NCBI GenBank assembly: GCA_030141605.1
Contig: JAQGDQ010000013.1
Span: 1,373,996-1,437,995 of the forward strand
DNA from: Tubiluchus corallicola
Lineage: Eukaryota > Animalia > Priapulida
Direction of reading: 5' to 3'
DNA length: 64,000 nt
Position 1 is the first letter of the stretch, and each line of letters starts with the position of its first letter. The notes beneath the pieces were generated by a model that was given only the letters and a program-made list of their open reading frames with translations, made no database searches and was not told the DNA's origin. A program made the translations under genes and the position numbers. Below are positions 1-13,725 of this stretch, one piece after another.

Positions 1-1078
1 TTTTTGTTAATTGGCAATTTTATAAGTTTATTATCATACTACAAGAGCAGCATAACCTGATCTGATACTTTGCTAAGTTTGTTCGTCACGTACCGTGTTT
101 TTACAGTACTAAGCATTTTATTTTTAAAATTTTAATCCTTTTATTTCATAAGCTTTCACATTTTTAAATTAACTGAAGTGCCATATACATATATATGTAT
201 ATAAATAATATAATTACAGATATAATATATAATTATAGATATATAAATATATCATATGTGTGGATATATATATATATACACACACATATATAATATAATA
301 CTTATATTACAAATTTGTATTATATACATGTATCTAATACATACATAACATATATACACATTTGCACAGCTGTGTGTTATTTGATTAAAAAAATTATTGT
401 GTTGGTTTTCCTTGTTTTGGATAGTCCTTTGTTTCTTTGTTTTACTCGTAAAGTGACTGTTGTGCCTTTGATATTTATTGTTTCGGTTTTGTAATATACC
501 GATTAGTGAGTTAGCTCATTACTCCACGATCTTTTTACCATCATTTTTACCACTGTCATTATGAGCATGACTATTACTGCTACCGCCACCACCGTCAAGA
601 ACAGCAGCAACAGCAATACTGCAGTAGCAGTATTCGTTCGAAACCTGTAAATTATAATCGATCTCCTTACCTAAAAACGTTAATGAAGCTGGGAACCAAA
701 ATTTTGCAAAACTGTGATAACACTGACCCAGTACTAACAAAAATCATTTAGTGTTACTAAAAATAACTAAAAATAATTGTTTCCTCGTTATTTTTTTGTA
801 GGTTTTTAATTGTACTGATCCTTGCCATAAAGATTTAGTTTCATGGTACATTTTGTAATTGTTAGCTTGAGTGCTGATCCAAATCAATGCAGAGACTCTA
901 CACTACTGTTTTCAGTTTCGACGTTTTCAATCCACTCTTGCATTACAAAAAGAAATTAAAATTTCCCGAGTGAATCAGATTTCATATGTCTTTTTCATGT
1001 AGGATGTAGGCGCATAAACTCAGGTTTTCGTTAACTGAAATATCAACGATTCGCAAATTAGCTGACGTCTAAGGATGT

Positions 1079-1231
1079 CATTAATTAATTACGACGGTGA
1101 TTGTCAGAATTTTTATAAACCATTGCGGGTAATGAGAGAAAGGAGACACTGAAAAAATGTTGTCTAGTCGGGATTTAAACCGGAGACCTGTCATTAGTAC
1201 TTTCACGGTCTACTACCTAAGCTACCAGGCC
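1079..1231 (-). mobile_element. tRNA-derived SINE copy (decayed)
   Basis: Minus strand has A-box-like TAGCTTAGGTAG and B-box GGTTTAAATCCC, then a body (TTTTCAGTGTCTCCTT...TCTGACAATCAC...TAATTAAT) shared with the copy at 27637-27780. Confidence 0.65.
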
Positions 1232-1898
1232 AGCATGACAAAGAGAGCAAATCCTGGCATTTACAGTCATAATTAAGTAATAATATCAACGGTTGTTAAT
1301 AATGTTGCTACTGCTGTTGTCATCGCCACTGCCGTTGCTGTTGTTGTTGTACCAATTGCAGCAAAGAATACTGCTGTTGCTGCTGCTTCTGCTGCTAGTC
1401 CAACTGGCTGCTTTTGCCGTTAATGGCATGTTTTCATTTTTAATTTTCACAATTTCATTGCAAATTAGAATTACAATTATAGCCAGTTTTCCAAAAACAT
1501 GATTATACTGACTAAATTTAATAATTATTAATACTTTGAAACATCGCGAATTTGACAGTTTACACTGCAAATAATGACAAAATTTATCAATTATTATACG
1601 CCTACCATCTGCTGTGTAAATTCGTTGCATCTAACCAGTATTATTTAGCAAAAACTTATTAAGGTAGAAAAATGATTGTTGAATTCTGGGTTATAACAAC
1701 TTAACTCCAGCAAAAATATCGGTAAGAAAATTTTAGAATGATTTTTAAACAAAAAAATTTCTGGCGTTTGCAAAATTCGCAACTTTATTTCCTAACAACA
1801 GAAATATTTATTTTCCAATTGTTTTTAATTCTCAGTACTGTGTGCGGCTGTGGAGTGACTTCAGACATGCATGATTTTCTTCCCGGGTATTGTAAACG

Positions 1899-2755
1899 AG
1901 TGTAGGGAAAAGTGGCACAGGTAAAAATGACAGGAAAGAATCGCACATGTAAAAATGGCGCAAGTAAAAATGACAGGAAAAAACTGGCACAGGTAAAAAT
2001 GACTGGAAAAAATGGTACAGGAAAAAATGGTACATGTAAAAATGGTACAAATAAAAAATTAAGAAAACATGGCATATATGATATTTTTATGCAAAGAATT
2101 ACTGTAATAAATCCAGAATGTGCTCAGTAAAGACCAGATGTCCGCCAAAGCAGCAAAAAGCATAAAACAAAGATAGACAAGCAAACATACAAATATATAT
2201 ATATGTGTGTGTGTGTGTCTGTGTGTGTGTGTGTATAAGTGTTAATTAGACTAGGCAAAATATTTTGTTCATTAAAAAGAATTATAATCATTAATGCGCG
2301 AGCATTCGACGTTTAGCCAATTGGCGATAGCAATAGACTGACAAATACACGCCATACGAAGACAGCTTATAAGGCTAAATAATGTACAAGCAAAAGTTAC
2401 AGAGCGTTCCGCGTTTTTGTAGCGAAGTTGTTGTCTTTCGAAAGAGCTGGAACACCTATTTTGAGCCCGCGCCAAAATGTATCTTTCTTATTTCCTATCT
2501 ACCTTCTCCGCAAAGTTTCGTGGAAATCTGTCTGCGTATTAGTCTTACAGATATATACACATAGCTGATAAAAAACAACCAAACAAATAGCGTTAAAACA
2601 TAACTTTATTGGCAGAGGTAAAAATAATTAAAATAATTAGTCCCCACAATAACACTAGTCGTAAACACATATTTTGTAAGTGTGCCATTTTTGGGCCCAT
2701 TTTTCGTGTATCACTTCTGCGCGCCATTTTACCTGTGTCATTTTTACCGTGCACC
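1899..2755. mobile_element. Non-autonomous DNA transposon (MITE) with ~15-bp subterminal repeats
   Basis: Left end has tandem AAAAATGGCACAGGT-like units (1905-2050). Right end has the same units inverted (TTTACCTGTGTCATTTTTACCGTGCACC). Imperfect TIRs, no coding capacity. Confidence 0.65.
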
Positions 2756-3661
2756 ACTGTGAAAGAAAGCAGTACCTTGAACAGACTTTGAAATTACCAT
2801 TTTTAGAGATGTCATTGCAGTAATAATTCTTTAAGTCCCCTGTTTTTCTTTTTCGCCTATCTGTTGGGATTTTTGTACCAATCTAAGTAAATCTGCATTT
2901 CTATGCTTTCTGTTCCCTGTCTAATTGTTTTGATGAAAGTGCATTTTAACACAGACAAAAACCCGCTACTGCAGATTAATTTTCAGTTGAGCCCTAATTA
3001 TCACCTGTGAAGTTGAAAGTGTTACCGCCTTTAGTTTTTGGAATGATCAGGTGGTTGTTTGCGCGGGTGGAAACAGGAAATTTATCGCTCAGCGTGCAGT
3101 TTTTGCAATGTGCGTCTAAATAAGGCATTTCATTCAGGCGTCAAGTGAAGCGTAGATGAAGATAACCCCAGTAATTGTATATGTATCTGTGAATAATATT
3201 CTATAACCGCCTGCGCTAAAAATATGAGTTTGATCTTCAGAGCTTGGGAAAGGTCAGAGCGACGTATTGGCGTAATTTATCTTATCGAGACTTTTGTCTT
3301 CAATGTCACCTTGACCTTGGATGGTGGTGACATTGTGGTTCCTTCATGCGCAGGCCATCCCAGTCAGCGCATTGATCTGCTCTATCTCCAATTACCAATA
3401 AACAAAACACGTCTGTTTGTGATTCATGGATGGCAAAGTCGTTTTAAGGTCTATTCTGTGCAGTGAAGCCACGCTGGCTGCCTGGTCGTCACGTGTGAGG
3501 TATAAATTATGCAAATTACTTCTAATGTCGCCATGATTGTCATCAAAGAGTCGAATAAAAGTCCAATTGTAAAGTTGCCCAAGTGAAGTAAATTGCAATA
3601 TAATACGCCTGCTTGAGAAACAGAAATGGAAGGAGAGAGAGGGGGGTTGGAGAGAGGAGGG

Positions 3662-3821
<160 letters not shown>

Positions 3822-6460
3822 TCTAATTTATCAGAGTGGCTCAACTTATTTCTTTAGCTTTTTCCAAGCTAACAAACAAACAAGTTAAGTTAAAGTGCAT
3901 GTGTTGTGAGTTTACTACTATTTTACTCTAGTGTGCATTTTGGATATATTTTTGTGTGTTTAGGTCATTAGGCCGTGCGATAAAACCGTAGTTTATAAAA
4001 CGCGCTGTTCAACCTCAAAGAGAGCAAGCCGTTTTTATAACCAACTATATTAAAAAAAATTATATAATTTCTAGATGAGTAAATTCAAAGCCGAAACGCA
4101 TGCAAAACTTTTAATTTTTAAAGTGTTTAAAAAAACTTAATTTCTGTAAGACATCAGAACTATAAAAATTTAATTTCAACATTCAGTACGGAGAAATAAT
4201 ATTTAGAAAAAAAAACATTCATATGGTCATTAGTCAGCCAGAATAAAAAAGGTTTAAAAAAGATGTTTGATGGGGAATTTGTAGCATATTATGGATTATG
4301 TGAATCATTCCATTGGGCGTCTGGCAAGATGATCTGTACGGCGTTAAATTTGAAGTTTTAATGCCAATCTGAACGAAATGCAAATCACGTTAATCACTAG
4401 CGATTTTTGACAGCAAGTGTCTACCAGGGTGTCATAGAACTTTTAAATACTCGACCATGGGTGCTATGGTGTTTTGTCCAATTTGTGTTAACTATTTTAA
4501 GTACTCTGTATCTTTATTTTTTAATGAATCAGTTTTCCGTATAATCTTTTCGTATTCCCAGAATTTAGTGATACTCACATTTTCAATTACTCATTTTTAT
4601 GACTGTGTTGTTTTTATCCTTGCTTTTATGATTTCATTTTGCATTTTTCAGAGTACTCCATTTTAATTTTTTTATTTTTTTATTTTATTTACCATTTGAG
4701 TAATGTTGTATGTCAATTTTCAGCACAATTTTTAGCATAGTGTATTTTAGTCGGTATGAATAGCCTATTTGGCTAATGTTTTTCCGTTGTACATTTGACT
4801 TTTAAAAAAAGATTATGTGATATACATTATGTTATGAATATATGGTACGTTATATTTTACGTTGCACAATAATTGTAATTAAATTTAGACTATAAAGTTT
4901 AATGAAGTTGTATTGTATAAGGCGAGTTTAGAAAAAAAATATCACGAACAGGACAGTTTGTCATTTTGTGGTTATAACTTTTAATCCGTATGCCCAAAAA
5001 ATTCTTTCTACTAGGAATTTCTTTAAAAACGGCTTTCTTTATAAACTATACAGACCGTACGGAAAGTTATGCTCTAACCAGGTTTAAACACATTTAGCAC
5101 GTCAGTTTCTATTATATCCAATGATGTTGTTACTGATATATGGGCAAGAAATTATGAGAAATAATATTTTTGCCGGCGGGGCGTGTGTGACGCTCGCCTT
5201 GGATGGTAACGTACCGCCTTTGAAAAGGCACGTGAAGGTCATTTCGAGGACGAGTGGACGACGTGTGTAATGGTAACTTAAACCAAACGTAACTCAGTCG
5301 TTTTATCAATGAACTGAGCTGCTGGCCAGCTTAAGTAGATTGGATTGAATGAAGTGTTCATTCTTACTGTAATAAGTACACGTCTACTTTTGCTTTGCCA
5401 GGCAAGTTAGTTAAAAATTAAGTTAAAAATTTTAATGTGTTTTATTTTTTTGTATTCTTGAGATGGAAATTGACGAATAACAATAAAATGGTCTTTTGAA
5501 CCCATGGTTATTAATTTTGAAACCTTATTAAGCGAAAAAGTATGAAAAGTCGGCAATAAGCCTGGATTTGAACTAGGGACTTTTGGATTGTCAGATCAAT
5601 GCATTGACTGCTTCAAGAATACAACTTTCCGTGATGATAAGAGATAATTAGTGTAGTTTTAGTGCAATCGAACTGTACGCTTGAAAGAGTTAGTCAGAAT
5701 TTTAACACTACAGTATTTATACGAACCAATGAGATTAATTTTTGTAAATAATTTAAATAGTTTAAATTAATCGATGATATGTAGCCTTAATTTCAAGTTT
5801 AGAAATGATAAATGAATTTTTTAAGAACCACAAAAAGTGGAACAAAAATGGATTCGAACCAAGTACAAAATAATTAAGCACGAATAGCATGTGTTTCGCA
5901 TGAGTTTTCTTTTTAAAATTTTACAAATAGTCTGAATTTTAATTTTGTATACCCACTGCACGTACAAAGCTTCAGATATTTAAAGCAAAGCGACTGTTTT
6001 ACGAATTCTCGACTTTGGCTTTAAAAACGTTTTAGTGATTAAACACATTGCACATTAAACAAGAATAAATGGGTTTAGAAAATAATAACTAGTTTTAGTA
6101 ATAACAACCTACGTCCCTAACCTATATAAACTAGATATTCGAAGTGCAAACAATTAAACATAATTTATTATTTATCAACACCAGCTATTTTTAATGCGAT
6201 AATAGTTTAACTCAGTTTATAAAAATGTCATTTCGAGAAAGAAGTGGCTGCTAGAAGCGTACAGCTGAATCATGCAGTAAAAGTCTTTTTCTTGTTTATG
6301 GAGAAAATTTTGTTGATTAATGGGTTGATTTGAGTTGAGAAAGCAATGAAGCTTGGTAGCCTAACCAGTAGCAGTTATATTGAACAGAAATGCAAGATAT
6401 GTAATCACAATGCACCAAGAACAAATTATTAGATTTCGAAATCAAACCTGGTAGAAAAGA

Positions 6461-6672
6461 GAATCCAGGTAATAAAGTCACAGCTAGAAATTTCACACAG
6501 AAACTCACAGAAAGAATGACACAGGAAAAAAGAAATAACCCTAACCCTAACCCTAAATCTAGCCCTAACCTTACCTTAGCCAAAATTGATTGTGACTTTT
6601 CTCCTGTGTGACTTTTTTTTTAGCCAAAATTGTGACTTTTTTCCTGTGACTTTATTGCTCGTCGCCAGATTC
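6461..6672. mobile_element. Short MITE with internal (TAACCC)n
   Basis: Ends GAATCCAGGTAATAAAGTCACAG and CTGTGACTTTATT...GATTC are inverted. Subterminal TCACA/TGTGA repeats; TAACCC x3 at ~6536-6556. Confidence 0.6.
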
Positions 6673-7407
6673 AGGTAAATTTATTTGTCCCTTGTAAGAC
6701 GTACGCAGTGAAAAGATCAAATGCGCAGCAAAATAAGTTATTAATAGTTAGAGAACGAGCGACGAAAAAAGAAAACGTCTCTTTGCGGCTTTTGTGAGAT
6801 CAACAGCCATATCAATGTGATCGGATTTTCGTGACTTTATTTTTATTTCTGCGTTTAAGAAGACCCGTGCTGTTAGTACATGATGCATCTGTAAGACTGT
6901 AACAGCGTTTAAAATGTGCACTTATTCATGACTTTCACAGCGGGTAATCGTGCACTCGACGATGTCTTGAATATTGAGTCCTTGGAAGGTTTTTTACGTT
7001 TTTCTACCTCTTATCTCTATAGTTCTGATAACAAGTGAACGTTTATAGGCGGGTCTGGTTTATAGTTTATTGATCCGGTGTTGCGAAGGGCGCAAAATGT
7101 CACCTAGTCGACCTTGTAGGGCTGCCGCTGATACGTCTAATCGTGAATGTGTTAATTAATGTAGGATATAGGTCACTTCCGCGGCGGGCGTCCTATGCTA
7201 CTGCTGCTGTCCCGCGGCTGCGGCTACCAGGAAACGGCTACACCTACCGGCAAAATGCTACGGCTACCAAGTTCCGAAAATAAAAACATTTTTTGGGGGC
7301 AAAATTCACAAACCTATAACTTCGTGGCCAGTAATAAATCATGTTTCTACTTGTTTACATAGATCACGTACATATAGCGCTGGCTTATAACCTTTTAGAC
7401 TATATTT

Positions 7408-7775
7408 AGGCTGGATTATACACTAAAGATATTATGGGGGTCAGATCAGATAGAGCCACCCTCTAATTTGCTTGCACTCGTCTCGAATATTTTTACTTAT
7501 GATATATTTTACAACATTTGCGTAGCTGCGTGCCCAATATTTCAAATAAATGGTTTCATAGAAGGGCCCTTACCTCAAATAAAAGGCCTCAAAAGGAATA
7601 CTTTATCTCAAATGAGGAGCCACTTTAAACTTGGACTTTCAGACTTTCTGCCTCCTTTTTTAAAGTTGAAATTTGATTTAAGTTACATGAATTATTGAGC
7701 AATGCAAAGTATGGGTCCCAATGTTGAGGGGCCCTAGGCTGCAGCCTATGCTGGCCTATAGGGTAATCCAGCCCC
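7408..7775. mobile_element. Putative MITE (GGCTGGATTA termini)
   Basis: AGGCTGGATTA at 7408 and TAATCCAGCCCC at 7764-7775 form an inverted pair. Confidence 0.4.
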
Positions 7776-8079
7776 ACTTACATACACAATTTTGGAACAT
7801 TACTTAGATGATTACTTTATATCATATTAATTACGATACATTCAATATAGAGTTTTATTGTTTTCTACTAATTATTGTAAATAACATGTTTCATCAATAT
7901 GTGTATTATATAACAAAGTACTCAGTAAGATGCTCTGCGTCGATTTTGGAACTGTTTTATGTTTTCCAGTCTGTATTAAAGAAGCAAAACATGTTCATAG
8001 TAAGAAATAATTAGCTTTATGAAAAATAAATAGTTTGTAAAATTTTATTTCATGCATGTACTGAACAACAGCTGTGTTT

Positions 8080-8248
<169 letters not shown>

Positions 8249-10512
8249 AATTAGCAACAGTACAATTAATTTACTTACATTATATAATTATGGTATTGTA
8301 ATATGATGAACAGCTCGACAGAGTAGCGACCATTGCTGGTCAGTATTGAACCAAATGTGAAATACCTTCAGCTATTACGTTAGAAAATTCTTTTGCTTAT
8401 TCAGAATGAATATCCGAGATCCGCTTTACGTACCTTCTTAAAAATACAGAAAATAAAACTAATTTTACAATTCTGTCAGAAATAGAGACGTTTGAGCCTC
8501 TCCTCTGTACAACACGTTACTTATCAGTATCCATTTTATTTTATCTATTTTATTTAAACCTATTCCCATCAACGCAAGTAATTTATAAGGTGAGAATATT
8601 GCAAAAGAACTAAATATATACATATAGGCAAAGCCTACATACAAATGACATCACATCTTTACAAATAAAAATTAGAGCTTACGAAAATGAGCACCAATAG
8701 CCAGGACTGCTTACAGGTACCTAGTAAAAATTTTTATTTCTTGGGATATTCTTTGAATGGTTTTTATTCTTTGTGGAAATAGTAAAGAAGTGTAGAAATC
8801 TGAGCGTCAGCGCCATTTAATTTAGTAAATTATCTTCTAGTGCGCTAATATATTTTATACAAGTGAGTGAGGTGATGCCCGAGTATTAAATGTGTATAAA
8901 TTGATCTATTTATCGTAGTTACATCATTCATGCTAAACAGCCTGAATTTGCCCCAAACTCATTGTAACCGTTTTGATGTTTGCCCTACGCAATGTTAAAA
9001 ATACTTAATCTCTTTTGATCAGTTTTAAAGGCGAGTTTTTCTTTCTTCATTATGATACTTATCTATTTCATTATGTAGTAGTATTTCAGTGTAATATATC
9101 ACTACAGAGCTATCGTTTTGCTCGTTTCAATGATATTTTAATTAAGCCTGTAAGCTGTGCCGTATTAAGACCTCACGAGCCCCTCGACACTGAAAAGATT
9201 CTGGAACCCCCCTATATGTGTACTTCAGATTAACATAGTGGTAAATTGTAAAATGAAATTTTATATTTTGAAATGAAAAGAAAACTTGCAGTAAGATATA
9301 TTCACAGTAAATGATAGTGTATCAGGTTTGGCTTGCTCAAAAAGCAACATTATTCTGTTTTATTATCTCCACAGTTTTATAAGTATAACCCACTTGAAAT
9401 TTATTATGACATCGTGCAATCTATCAGTGCCATCATATAGGCAGAGAGCAGCTCAGGCTGGTCAGTAACCAGAATCTCGATGCCCACCAGTACTATTATG
9501 TTGTAAACAAACACAGAAACCGTCACACATATTCCGATATGTTATACTTTTGGGTAATTATTCGATTTGAAAAAACTGTATATACCCCGCTGCTTATTTT
9601 GTTTAATGACTGTAATAAATTTATTAGAAAAAACGCGCATTTAAGAAGTAGTGTGCATACTACATTGTTTTATGCGTTTCAATCGGTAAATCATTAATTT
9701 TTACACAATAATTATAAACTTTGTTGCCTTGGGCTGTTTTGAAACTACTGACGCTGTCGTCATGCGACTAAATCTTTCGTCGCGCTGAATTGTAAGCCAA
9801 TTTGCTTTGGTGTATGTTTCAACATTATCTAACTTCGTGCACACTGTACAGACAGAATTTTAGCACTACCCCAGACTAATGTTTGTAGAAAAAATTATCA
9901 TTTTTGTCAAAAATTGGATATCTTTTCCTCAAGGCAGTTACGTAATACTTGAAGCGCGCGTTTATTCAAAATAAAATTGTAACAAAATTCTGGTCATACA
10001 AGCAAATTATTGTCCTGCAAAAACGGTTAATTGTAGTTGAAGCTTGTAGGAAAACGTCTACTTGATTATAAAGCTGAGAATCCCTCTTATTTATTGCTTA
10101 GAATTGTAGATCAGCATTTTGGATGCCATATGCCAGCTCTGAAGTAGCTTTCGCTTGATAGATAAAGAGAATATTTTTCACAGATTACCACTAATTAGTT
10201 GAGTGTGTCCTAAACACCATATTGCGCTCCTAACAAGTCGTCTGGCATCTTTAAAAGAGTTTCCTGCTTTTTTGAACGATTTGTGTAACCGTTCCGAAAT
10301 TTAGCAGATTGAAAGGCGAACACCAAGTGAAATATAAACCATCTAGGCGAGTCAGGCTTGTATTGTTTGCGTTTATTACTGCGTTGAAACAAATGATCTC
10401 TGAAATGAAAAAATATTCTGGTAAACATGCGGCAGGATTTGTTATCATTTTATGGATCGTCAGAAGTTCATAGCAATTGAAAATATTTGAATGATGAAAT
10501 GTTGCAAGTTTC

Positions 10513-12677
10513 AGAAAGAAGTGTGCAGTTGCACGCATCGTTCAGAGAAGTGAGCAGCATGCATCATTGTGAGAGAAGTGAGCAGCACGCATCGTTGTGA
10601 GAGAAATGAGCAGTTTCACGCATCGTTGAGAGAAGTGAGCAGTTTCACGCATCGTTGAGAGAGAAGTGAGCAGTTTCCCGCATCGTTGAGAGAAGTGAGC
10701 AGCACGCATCATTGTGAGAGAAGTGAGCAGCACGCATCGTTGTGAGAGAAGTGAGCAGCACGCATCGTTGTGAGAGAAATGAGCAGTTTCACGCATCGTT
10801 GAGAGAAGTGAGCAGTTTCACGCATCGTTGAGAGAGAAGTGAGCAGTTTCACGCATCGTTGAGAGAAGTGAGCAGCACGCATCATTGTGAGAAAAGTGAG
10901 CAGCACGCATCGTTGTGAGAGAAGTGAGCAGCACGCATCGTTGAGAGAAGTGAGCAGCACGCATCATTGTGAGAGAAGTGAGCAGCACGCATCATTGTGA
11001 GAGAAGTGAGCAGCACGCATCTTTGTGAGAGAAATGAGCTGTTTCACGCATCGTTGAGAGAAGTGAGCAGTTTCACGCATCGTTGTGAGAGAAGTGAGCA
11101 GTTTCACGCATCGTTGAGAGAAGTGAGCAGTTTCACGCATCGTTGAGAGAAGTGAGCAGTTTCACGCATCGTTGTGAGAGAAGTGAGCAGCGCGCATCGT
11201 TGAGAGAAGTGAGCAGCACGCATCATTGTGAGAGAAGTGAGCAGCACGCATCATTGTGAGAGAAGTGAGCAGCACGCATCGTTGTGAGAGAAGTGAGCAG
11301 CACGCATCGTTGAGAGAAGTGAGCAGCACGCATCGTTGTGAGCGAAGTGAGCAGCACGCATCGTTGAGAGAAGTGAGCAGCACGCATCATTGTGAGAGAA
11401 GTGAGCAGCACACATCGTTGTGAGAGAAGTGAGCAGCACGCATCGTTGTGAGAGAAATGAGCAGTTTCACGCATCGTTGAGAGAAGTGAGCAGTTTCACG
11501 CATCGTTGTGAGAGAAGTGAGCAGTTTCACGCATCGTTGAGAGAAGTGAGCAGTTTCACTCATCGTTGAGAGAGAAGTGAGCAGTTTCACGCATCGTTGA
11601 GAGAAGTGAGCAGCACGCATCATTGTGACAGAAGTGAGCAGCACGCATCGTTGTGAGAGAAGTGAGCAGCACGCATCGTTGTGAGAGAAATGAGCAGTTT
11701 CACGCATCGTTGAGAGAAGTGAGCAGTTTCACGCATCGTTGAGAGAGAAGTGAGCAGTTTCACGCATCGTTGAGAGAAGTGAGCAGCACGCATCATTGTG
11801 AGAGAAGTGAGCAGCACGCATCGTTGTGAGAGAAGTGAGCAGCACGCATCGTTGAGAGAAGTGAGCAGCACGCATCATTGTGAGAGAAGTGAGCAGCACG
11901 CATCGTTGTGAGAGAAGTGAGCAGCACGCATCGTTGTGAGAGAAATGAGCAGTTTCATGCATCGTTGAGAGAAGTGAGCAGTTTCAAGCATCGTTGTGAG
12001 AGAAGTGAGCAGTTTCACGCATCGTTGAGAGAAGTGAGCAGTTTCACGCATCGTTGAGAGAAGTGAGCAGTTTCACGCATCGTTGTGAGAGAAGTGAGCA
12101 GCACGCATCGTTGAGAGAAGTGAGCAGCACGCATCATTGTGAGAGAAGTGAGCAGCACGCATCGTTGTGAGAGAAGTGAGCAGCATGCATCGTTGTGAGA
12201 GAAATGAGCAGTTTCACGCATCGTTGAGAGAAGTGAGCAGTTTCACGCATCGTTGAGAGAGAAGTGAGCAGTTTCACTCATCGTTGAGAGAAATGAGCAG
12301 TTTCACGCATCGTTGCGGGACAAGTGAGCAGTTTCACGCATCGTTGTGAGAGAAGTGAGCAGTTTCACGCATCGTCGTGAGAGAAGTGAGCAGTTGCACG
12401 TATCGTTATGTGAGAAATGAGCAGTTGCACGCATCGTTGAGAGAAATGAGCAGTTTCACGCATCGTTGTGAGAGAAGTGAGCAGTTTCACGCATCGTTGT
12501 GAGAGAAGTGAGCAGTTTCACGCATCGTCGTGAGAGAAGTGAGCAGTTGCACGCATCGCTATGAGAGAAGTGAGCAGTTGCGCGCATCGTTGTGAGAGAA
12601 GTGAGCAGCACGCATCGTTGTGAGAGAAGTGAGCAGTTGCGCGCATCGTTGTGAGAGAAGTGAGCAGTTGTGCTCAC
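10513..12677. repeat. Minisatellite, 26-31 bp unit GAGAAGTGAGCAG[TTT]CACGCATC(G/A)TTG[TG]A, about 75 units
   Basis: Head-to-tail units with no unique spacers. Higher-order blocks are visible. Confidence 0.97.
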
Positions 12678-13644
12678 ATTATAACGCATAAACGTCTTTC
12701 AGATTTAATGAAATTGCTGAGGCAGTCAGCCAGCCAGTCAGTATATCAGTTATTCAGTTTAAAGTCAGTCGGTCGTTTAATTAATTAACCAACAAACTGC
12801 GTTGCTTTCGTCTATTAATTTCTTTTCCAATTAACCTTTTTCGCTTGTCATTCTTAATAAATTCGGCCGTCTAATTAGGTAACAACTTGGCTTCTTTGGG
12901 TATCTTCTCATCTCACTGTGAAGTCACTAAAAACATTGCTGTGTTTTGGCTGCTGCGTTCAATTAACAGTCTAACGTCTACGTACCTTTATAATGTCAAA
13001 TCATAACCAATCGAGAATTTGGCTGTTGTTGTTACTATTATTATGTTGTTACTATTATTGTGGTTTTTGTTGTTATTGTTATGATGTATGCAAAATTTGT
13101 TTGAACAAAAATATGCCAATCACATTTGATCTATTTGGTTAAATTCAGACTTGTTGACTCTAAACCTAACTTCGCTGAACAGCGTCACTTTTTTACTTTC
13201 GTCTTTTCTTGAGATTGATACCAAATAGCATGTTAGCATCACGTGTAAGTGTGTTAATATATAAACTTAACAAATAACGTCAACAAGTTGGCAAAGCGTA
13301 TAATAGACTCGTATGTAAGTGAATTTCACTAATATTACCGAGTGAGCGATGTTTCTGGTTGTTTTATAACATTTTCTGTATCGTAGTTAAACATTTCAAA
13401 ATCACTTTTATATATAAATTTTATTAATTTTTAGTGGTTTGAAATCACTTTTATGTGAAATGCTCGCAGAATCATTCCTAAACGCCAACTCTTTTCTTCG
13501 TAGTTGCTCTTTTCCTTCTACTTTTCATATTATTACCCAGGCCAGTTCTTTATGTAGAATAACGATTCACTTTTTTTCCTCGTACCCCTGTCTTTTGCCA
13601 ACATGTTTCTTTTTAATAAAATGTTTGCTTTATTGTAATGATGT

Positions 13645-13725
13645 TAGACTTACTGTAAGACTTGATTGTTTAAGAAACTTTTTCTCAAACAAAATAAATA
13701 AAATCTGGAATCAACTCCCATAATA
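13645..13725 (+). mobile_element. CR1-type LINE 3' ORF2 remnant
   Basis: Translates VRLDCLRNFFSNKINKIWNQLP, matching the CR1/L2 ORF2 C-terminal motif RxxFFSxRVVxxWNxLP. Confidence 0.55.

Noticed and set aside
6536-6580. Telomere or chromosome fusion site
   Set aside because: Only three perfect units, embedded in a MITE.
10513-12677. CRISPR array, or repeat-protein ORFs (MRAAHFSQ...)
   Set aside because: Units abut with no unique spacers, there are no cas genes and the context is eukaryotic. The ORFs are by-products of the repeat.
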